A stretch of 64,000 nucleotides of DNA from Candidatus Omnitrophota bacterium (GTDB taxonomy: Bacteria; Omnitrophota; Gorgyraeia; 1-14-0-20-64-10). The notes beneath the pieces are model-generated. The model saw nothing but the letters and a program-made list of their open reading frames with translations. It was not told the DNA's origin and made no database searches. The DNA lies in contig JACOVG010000024.1 of the NCBI GenBank assembly GCA_016177405.1, positions 7,079 to 71,078 on the forward strand. The letters are read 5' to 3'. A program made the position numbers and the translations under genes. Shown here piece by piece: positions 58,595 to 64,000 of this stretch (position 1 is its first letter; every line of letters starts with the position of its first letter).

Positions 58595-58858
58595 ATGGAA
58601 AGCCAAGATCGAACGATTCCTTGCCCCATCTGTCAGAGGGCGAATCCTTTCTTTGACTCGCTGAATAGGCAAATCAATCAGACCAGGGCTGTCACGGATA
58701 AGGTTTACTTTGCCAGAAAACTCCTGGCGAAGGCGGAGGATGTTTTGGAGGAGCATGGCCAGGCGGGCGATCCCGCTGGAAAAGCTTGCCGAGCCGTTTT
58801 GAATCTTCGGAAACAGGCCGCCGAACTGATCCTAAAAGCCCAGAAGCTGGCCGATTAG
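58595..58858 (+). CDS. Small hypothetical protein with CxxC motif
   Basis: AAGGAGG RBS; CPIC. Confidence 0.65.
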   Translation: MESQDRTIPCPICQRANPFFDSLNRQINQTRAVTDKVYFARKLLAKAEDVLEEHGQAGDPAGKACRAVLNLRKQAAELILKAQKLAD

Positions 58859-58950
58859 GTGACCCCACCACCTCATTCAATGAAACTCCGTTTCATGTTT
58901 CCTTCGGAAACATTTCGCTGCCGAAGGCAGCGAAAGAAGGAGGTGGTGGG

Positions 58951-59337
58951 GTGAGAGGCCTCCTCGTTCGGTGGGGAGTTAATTCCTTGGCCCTTCTTAT
59001 TGTCGTCCACACGGTCCGGGGAATCGAAGTCGCAAATCCCGTTGCGGTTGTCGTGGCGGCGCTTTTTCTGGGCATCCTCAACGCCTTCCTTCGGCCCGCC
59101 TTGATCCTGGTGACACTGCCGCTCAACCTCATTACGTTGGGCCTGTTCACCTTCCTCATCAACGGCTTTCTTCTCTGGCTGGTAGGGCAGGTGATCAAGG
59201 GCTTCACCGTGACGGGGTTCTGGCCGGCCGTGGCGGGATCGTTCCTCTTCAGCCTCATGAGCTTTCTGATCAGCATCCTGATCGACAAGAAGGGACGCCT
59301 TCAGGTCACCATCACGGAGCGGCAAGCCCCAGATTGA
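58951..59337 (+). CDS. YvlD-like 4-TM membrane protein (phage holin superfamily IV)
   Basis: LGILNAFLRP.L..VTLPLNLITLGLFTFLING; GGAGG RBS. Confidence 0.85.
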   Translation: MRGLLVRWGVNSLALLIVVHTVRGIEVANPVAVVVAALFLGILNAFLRPALILVTLPLNLITLGLFTFLINGFLLWLVGQVIKGFTVTGFWPAVAGSFLFSLMSFLISILIDKKGRLQVTITERQAPD

Positions 59338-59375
59338 GGATTGATTTCAGAAGCGCGAGTTCAAACCTTCCCCAC

Positions 59376-60734
59376 CTACCTCCTCAAGTGAGCCGGCAGG
59401 GTCTTAAGTTCCTCCCTGTATTTTGACACGGTCCGCCGGGCCACGGCGATCCCTTCCGCCTTCAGTTTCTCCGAGATCCCTTGATCTGTAAGCGGTTTCA
59501 AAGGATTCTCCTGCATAAGGACTTGCCGGACCTTCTCTTTGAGCTGGGACCTAAGGAACTCTTCTCCGCTTGCCGTCGAAACCTTCTTCGCGAACAGATC
59601 CTTTATGAGATGCAGCCCCCAAGGGGTTGCGATGTACTTTTCCGCGATCGCCCGGCTGACGGTCGATTCGTGGCAGCCCACCTTCCGGGCAAGTTCCTTG
59701 GCGGTCAGGGGCTTGAGGTATTCAGGGCCTTTCTCGAAAAACTCGGTCTGCTCCTTGAGGAGCGCTTCCGCGATCTTTTCCATGGTACGCCGTCGATCTT
59801 CAAGCGCTTTGACAAGCCCCAGGGCTTCTTGAAGCTTCTCCTTAAGCTTATCTGAAAGGGCGTCTTTTGTCTTTGGGCGCAGCAGCGATCGGTAATCGGT
59901 GCGAACCTTCAGCTTCGGCAGATAGCCATTCATGCACTCCACCTCAAATCGGTTGCCCGCCTTCTCCACGGACAGATCTGGCACCATCGGTTGCGCCGAG
60001 GTTCCGAACGCGCTTCCCGGCTTGGGGTCAAGCGTGCGGATCTCCTTCACCGCTTTCTGGATCAAATCCGCCGGTGCCTTGAGGCGCTTCGCGATTCGAT
60101 CAAAGCGATGCCCCGCCAGATCCTCGAAGTGATGGCCCACCAATTTCCAGGGCAGACTCCCTTCGCGCCCTTTTCTCTTCAGTTGGATCATGAGGCATTC
60201 CTGTAAATTCCGGGCCCCGACCCCAACCGGTTCGAGGGATTGGATAACCGCGAGCACCCGCGAGGCTTTTTCTTCTTTGATCCCAAGCTCCCGGGCGATT
60301 TCCCCGATGGAACTGGTCAGGTATCCATGGGTGTTAAGGTTCCCTATGATGATTTCACCGATTTGGAGTTCTTCAGGCGAGGAAATGCTTAGTTGAAGCT
60401 GTCTGGATAGTTCCTCGCGAAGGGAAGCTGGAGGGGCGGCTAAGGTAAGAAGATAATCGCGGCGTTCCTGGAGCGTTTCCGCAGCGGAGGGATCGGTTTC
60501 CCCTTGAATCCAGTCGTCCAGGGTGTCACCGAAGGGTTCCGCCATTTGCTCTAAAGAGAGTTCTCGTTCCGGAGACCCTTCGGCCTCCAGGAACGGATTC
60601 TCCGTCAAGACTTGGTCGATGAAGCCTTTGAGTTCCAGGATCGGTTTTTGGAGGATGGCGAGGGACAACTTGAGCTGCGGCGTCACCCGCAACTGTACGG
60701 AAGGTTTAACTTGAAGTTGGAGCCTTGGCTCCAT
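59376..60734 (-). CDS. rpoN: RNA polymerase sigma54 factor
   Basis: Region I (TPQLKLSLAILQ), PVGVGARNLQECL, HESTVSRA and RpoN box ARRTVSKYRE. Confidence 0.95.
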   Translation of the reverse strand: MEPRLQLQVKPSVQLRVTPQLKLSLAILQKPILELKGFIDQVLTENPFLEAEGSPERELSLEQMAEPFGDTLDDWIQGETDPSAAETLQERRDYLLTLAAPPASLREELSRQLQLSISSPEELQIGEIIIGNLNTHGYLTSSIGEIARELGIKEEKASRVLAVIQSLEPVGVGARNLQECLMIQLKRKGREGSLPWKLVGHHFEDLAGHRFDRIAKRLKAPADLIQKAVKEIRTLDPKPGSAFGTSAQPMVPDLSVEKAGNRFEVECMNGYLPKLKVRTDYRSLLRPKTKDALSDKLKEKLQEALGLVKALEDRRRTMEKIAEALLKEQTEFFEKGPEYLKPLTAKELARKVGCHESTVSRAIAEKYIATPWGLHLIKDLFAKKVSTASGEEFLRSQLKEKVRQVLMQENPLKPLTDQGISEKLKAEGIAVARRTVSKYREELKTLPAHLRR

Positions 60735-60809
60735 TACAACCTCCAACGCTCTCCATACCAAAGTATACCACCCCTCACAGGTGAAAGGCACTCTTAAGGC
60801 TGCGTGGCA

Positions 60810-60875
60810 GCCCGCAACAGAAGGGAATTGACCGGCCTGAAAAAAATCGGTATCATCAAACTCATCATGCCGTTT
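60810..60875 (+). repeat. 66-bp direct repeat, right copy; contains the tkt promoter (TTGACC-17bp-TATCAT) and ATG CCG TTT
   Basis: Identical to 41460-41525. Confidence 0.95.
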
Positions 60876-61751
60876 GTGCCGCTTACCCTGCCTGAACTGC
60901 CCCGCATGGCCCTGGCGATCCGCAAGGAGGTCATCCGGATGCTGGGCCGTTCCGGTTCCGGCCATCCGGGGGGTTCCCTCTCCGAGGCCGACCTGCTGAC
61001 GTGCCTTTTCTTCCACCTGATGCGCCACGACCCGGCCAACCCTTCCTGGGAGGAGCGGGACCGCTTTGTCTTGAGCAAGGGCCATGGCTGTCCGGGCGTT
61101 TACGCGGCGATGGCCTTGGCCGGCTACTTTCCCAAGGAGGAGCTTCTGACCCTGCGCAGGCTGGGCTCCCGCCTGCAGGGCCACCCGGACACCCGGTTCC
61201 TGCCGATGCTGGAGGCCTGCACCGGATCGCTGGGGCAGGGGCTTTCCATCTCCTGCGGGATTGCCCTGGCCGCCAAGATGGACCGGAAGGATCACCGGGT
61301 CTACTGCCTGATGAGCGATGGAGAGACCCAGGAGGGACAGACCTGGGAGGCGGCGGCCTTTGCCGGCTTTCATGGCTTGGACCGGCTGATCGCCTTGGTG
61401 GACTACAACAAGTTTCAGTTGGACGGCAAGGTGGCCGACATCATGGACCTGGAGCCCCTGGCCAAGAAGTGGGAGTCGTTCCGCTGGCACGCGCAGGAGA
61501 TTGACGGGCACGACATCCTCAAGATTGTCCAGGCGGTCCGGCAGGCCCAGGCGGCGCCGGGCAAGCCCCATGTGATTTTGGCCCACACGGTGAAGGGCAA
61601 GGGGGTTTCCTTCATGGAGCACAACAACTACTTCCACGGCGTCACCCCGACGGCCGAGGAAACCGAGGCCGCCCTGAAGGAGCTGGACGGAGACCCCTCC
61701 CTCTCGAAGGCGCTCGTCGCCGCCGGCAAGATCAAAATGGGCGGCAAATGA
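60867..61751 (+). CDS. Transketolase, N-terminal (TPP-binding) subunit
   Basis: SGHPGGSLS, RDRFVLSKGH, LQGHP, TGSLGQG and DGETQEG. Confidence 0.95.
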   Translation: MPFVPLTLPELPRMALAIRKEVIRMLGRSGSGHPGGSLSEADLLTCLFFHLMRHDPANPSWEERDRFVLSKGHGCPGVYAAMALAGYFPKEELLTLRRLGSRLQGHPDTRFLPMLEACTGSLGQGLSISCGIALAAKMDRKDHRVYCLMSDGETQEGQTWEAAAFAGFHGLDRLIALVDYNKFQLDGKVADIMDLEPLAKKWESFRWHAQEIDGHDILKIVQAVRQAQAAPGKPHVILAHTVKGKGVSFMEHNNYFHGVTPTAEETEAALKELDGDPSLSKALVAAGKIKMGGK

Positions 61752-62716
61752 CCCCGAGGCTTGGACTGGCCACCCGGGACGCCTACGGCCAGGCCCTGCT
61801 GGAGCTGGGCAGGGAAGACCCCCGCGTGGTGGTGCTGGACGCCGACCTCTCTGTTTCGACCAAGACGAACCTTTTCGCCAAGGAGTTCCCGGACCGCTTC
61901 CTGAACGTCGGCATCGCCGAGGCCAACCTGGTGGGCTTGGCCGGCGGCCTGGCCCATTCCGGAAAGATCCCCTTCATCTCCAGCTTTGCCTGCTTCATGA
62001 TCTGCAAGGGCTACGACCAGCTCCGGATGGCGGTGGCGGTGCCGCGCGCCAACGTGAAGGTGGTGGCTTCCCACGGCGGCATCAGCGTGGGAGAGGACGG
62101 CGCCTCCCAGCAGTCGGTGGAGGACATCGCCCTGGCCGCCTCCTTGCCCGGCTTCACGGTGATCGTCCCGGCCGACGAGCATGCCACCCGCGCCCTGGTG
62201 AAGGCCGCCGCCCGCATGAATGGGCCGGTTTACCTGCGCACCGGGCGGCCCAAGGCGCCCCTGGTGTATGAGGCGGATTCTTCCTTTGCCATCGGCAAGG
62301 GAGTCCTATTAAGGGAAGGCAAGGACGTGACCCTCGCGGCCAACGGGCTGTTGGTGGGCGCGGCGCTGGCCGCGGCCGAAGCCCTGGCGGCCGATGGGAT
62401 CTCGGCGGCGGTGGTGGATCTGCACACCGTCAAACCCCTGGATGAGGAGCTGATCGAGCGGCAGGCGAAGGCCACCGGCGCCATCGTGACGGCCGAGGAG
62501 CATCAGGTCTGGGGAGGCCTGGGCGCGGCGGTTTCGCAGGCCGTGGCGAGGCGCCATCCGGTGCCGATGGAGTTTGTGGCGATCCAGGACACCTATGCCG
62601 AGTCGGGCAAGCCGGAGGAGCTGATGGAGAAGTATGGGCTGACCGCCTCCGGCATTGTTCAGGCCGCCCGGCGCGTGCTGAAGAGAAAACGAGATCCCTC
62701 GCTTCGCTCGGGATGA
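61748..62716 (+). CDS. Transketolase, C-terminal subunit
   Basis: TRDAYG, LDADLS.ST, GIAEAN, GEDGASQQ and TVKPLD. Confidence 0.95.
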   Translation: MTPRLGLATRDAYGQALLELGREDPRVVVLDADLSVSTKTNLFAKEFPDRFLNVGIAEANLVGLAGGLAHSGKIPFISSFACFMICKGYDQLRMAVAVPRANVKVVASHGGISVGEDGASQQSVEDIALAASLPGFTVIVPADEHATRALVKAAARMNGPVYLRTGRPKAPLVYEADSSFAIGKGVLLREGKDVTLAANGLLVGAALAAAEALAADGISAAVVDLHTVKPLDEELIERQAKATGAIVTAEEHQVWGGLGAAVSQAVARRHPVPMEFVAIQDTYAESGKPEELMEKYGLTASGIVQAARRVLKRKRDPSLRSG

Positions 62717-62740
62717 CGGAAGTTGGCTCGGGATGACGGA
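62691..62740. repeat. REP-like element, family 1, with duplicated GCTCGGGATGACGGA; supplies the tkt C-terminus and stop
   Basis: GAGATCCCTCGCTTCGCTCGGGATGAC. Confidence 0.7.
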
Positions 62741-62743
62741 GTC

Positions 62744-63388
62744 ATGAGCATCTACCTCCGGCAGATTGAGCTGGGACCCCTGCAAAATTTCGTCTACCTG
62801 ATTGGCTGTTTGGAAACCCACCAGGCCGCTGTAGTGGATCCGGGCTGGGACGTGCCGAAGATCCTGGAGACGGCCAAGCAGGATGAGATGCGGATCACCC
62901 AGATCATCGTGACCCACACCCACTTCGACCACGTGAACGGGGTGGGGGAGCTGGTGGCCGCCACCGATGCCCAGGTGCTGGTCCACAAGAAGGAGACGGG
63001 CCAGCTTCCGGTGGAGCCGTCCAACTTGAAAACCGTGGAGGGGGGCAGCGAGATCCAGGTGGGGAAGGTGACCCTCTCGTTTTTGCACACGCCGGGGCAC
63101 ACCCCGGGCTCGCAGTGCATCACCGCGGGCGACTGCCTGGTGAGCGGCGACACCCTTTTCGTGGGCGGCTGCGGCCGCTGTGACCTGCCGGGGGGCGACC
63201 CGGAGGAGCTCTTTAAGAGCTTGACCCGGTTGAGCCGCCTGGACGACCGGATGGTGGTCCATCCCGGGCACAACTACGCCGCCAGCGCCACCTCCACCTT
63301 GAGCCAGGAAAAAGGATACAACCCTTTTCTGAAGGCTCAAAGCCTGGACGGTTTCTTAAACCTGGTGGGGGCCATCCGGAGGGGATAG
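62744..63388 (+). CDS. MBL-fold metallo-hydrolase (glyoxalase II-like)
   Basis: THTHFDH, HTPGHTPG, SGDTLF.GGCGR and PGHNY. Confidence 0.92.
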   Translation: MSIYLRQIELGPLQNFVYLIGCLETHQAAVVDPGWDVPKILETAKQDEMRITQIIVTHTHFDHVNGVGELVAATDAQVLVHKKETGQLPVEPSNLKTVEGGSEIQVGKVTLSFLHTPGHTPGSQCITAGDCLVSGDTLFVGGCGRCDLPGGDPEELFKSLTRLSRLDDRMVVHPGHNYAASATSTLSQEKGYNPFLKAQSLDGFLNLVGAIRRG

Positions 63389-63396
63389 GCGGCAGG

Positions 63397-63804
63397 GTGG
63401 ACAAGGTCTTGATTGAAGGTCTGCGCTGTTTGGCCCATGTGGGGGTCGGCGAGGCGGAGCGCCGCAAACGGCAGAAGATCCTGGTGGACCTGGAGATGGA
63501 GCTTGATTTAAAGCGGGCCGGCCGGTCGGATGAGGTGAAGGCCACGGTGGACTACCTGGCGGCGGCCAACGAAACGCGCGGGATCATCCGGCGGCGCTCC
63601 TTCAAGCTGGCGGAGGCTCTGGCCGAGGCGGTGGCCCAGGGGCTCCTGAAGCGTTTTCAGCCGAGGCAGGTTCGGGTGCGGGTGAGAAAATTCTCCGTGC
63701 CCGGAGCGGCCAGCGTGGGCGTAGTTATCCACAGGAGGGGTCTGACCCCTCCTGTTGATAAGTCGCGAACGACGTGGGGGTTTCCCAGAGGCGGACCGAG
63801 GTGA
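63397..63804 (+). CDS. folB: Dihydroneopterin aldolase
   Basis: HVGV..ER...Q...VD, TVDY and KLAEALAE. Confidence 0.9.
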   Translation: MDKVLIEGLRCLAHVGVGEAERRKRQKILVDLEMELDLKRAGRSDEVKATVDYLAAANETRGIIRRRSFKLAEALAEAVAQGLLKRFQPRQVRVRVRKFSVPGAASVGVVIHRRGLTPPVDKSRTTWGFPRGGPR

Positions 63805-64000
63805 CCGGAAACCCCTGGCTTTTGGCCTGGTCGAAGATCAGCTTGGCGATGGCCTCGGCGGTGGGATTGGTTTTGAGGCGGACGATCGGCTCTTTCGAAG
63901 GCTCAAGGAGTTTGGCCGCGGGGTCGGCCTCGTGGAGGATCATCTTGTGATCGAGGGAATCGTCTATCCAGCCCTGAAGGGCCTTCTTGATGTCGTGGAA
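63725..64000 (-). CDS. queD: 6-carboxytetrahydropterin synthase (QueD/PTPS), 5'-truncated by window edge
   Basis: FHDIKK...LDHKMIL, NPTAEAIA and VRLWETPTS. Confidence 0.88.
   Translation of the reverse strand, partial: FHDIKKALQGWIDDSLDHKMILHEADPAAKLLEPSKEPIVRLKTNPTAEAIAKLIFDQAKSQGFPVTSVRLWETPTSFATYQQEGSDPSCG

Larger units (their letters stand above)
41460..60875. mobile_element. Gas-vesicle genomic island bounded by 66-bp direct repeats at the transketolase 5' end; no integrase seen
   Basis: Direct repeats, self-contained gene set and visibly less GC-biased codon usage than the core genes. Confidence 0.7.

Noticed and set aside
58951-59337. Holin as evidence of a prophage
   Set aside because: The YvlD-like family is common in non-phage contexts, and no phage structural or lysis genes are nearby
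60735-61637. 753-aa sigma54 fusion
   Set aside because: The extension is antisense to transketolase; rpoN starts at 60734 after a GGAGG site
1-64000. CRISPR array, tRNA/rRNA, integrase or IS transposase
   Set aside because: No regularly spaced repeat-spacer units, RNA gene signatures or recombinase/transposase motifs were recognised by eye; a covariance-model search was not possible

Overview
GC-rich bacterial chromosome segment. The modular 'GLEE' proteins hint at a Ca. Omnitrophota-like lineage, but this is inference only. Core genes: plsC, a CbiX-like chelatase, an M24 peptidase, thyA-folA-leuC-leuD, a complex I locus split into convergent nuoA-I and nuoJ-N halves, split transketolase, an MBL hydrolase, folB and queD. 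Three accessory elements interrupt them. (1) Two large signal-peptide proteins (2888-7627, 20204-22873) are built from modules separated by a GLEE motif and share a conserved upstream promoter motif. (2) A ~12 kb defence island (29635-41389) holds an M.Bsp6I-like C5 methyltransferase and Vsr, an uncharacterised five-gene GHKL-ATPase/DUF6339-like cassette, type I CBASS (CdnE-like + Cap15), an HNH nuclease, a PLD fusion and two TA pairs with broken toxins. (3) A ~19.3 kb gas-vesicle island sits between identical 66-bp direct repeats that copy the transketolase promoter and start. It carries its own rpoN, an NtrC-type activator, a sigma54 promoter with enhancer palindromes, two GvpN, CDC48, Hsp20 and DnaJ-derived domains. 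REP-like palindromes are scattered through the window, several inside coding sequence. No rRNA, tRNA, CRISPR array or integrase was recognised.
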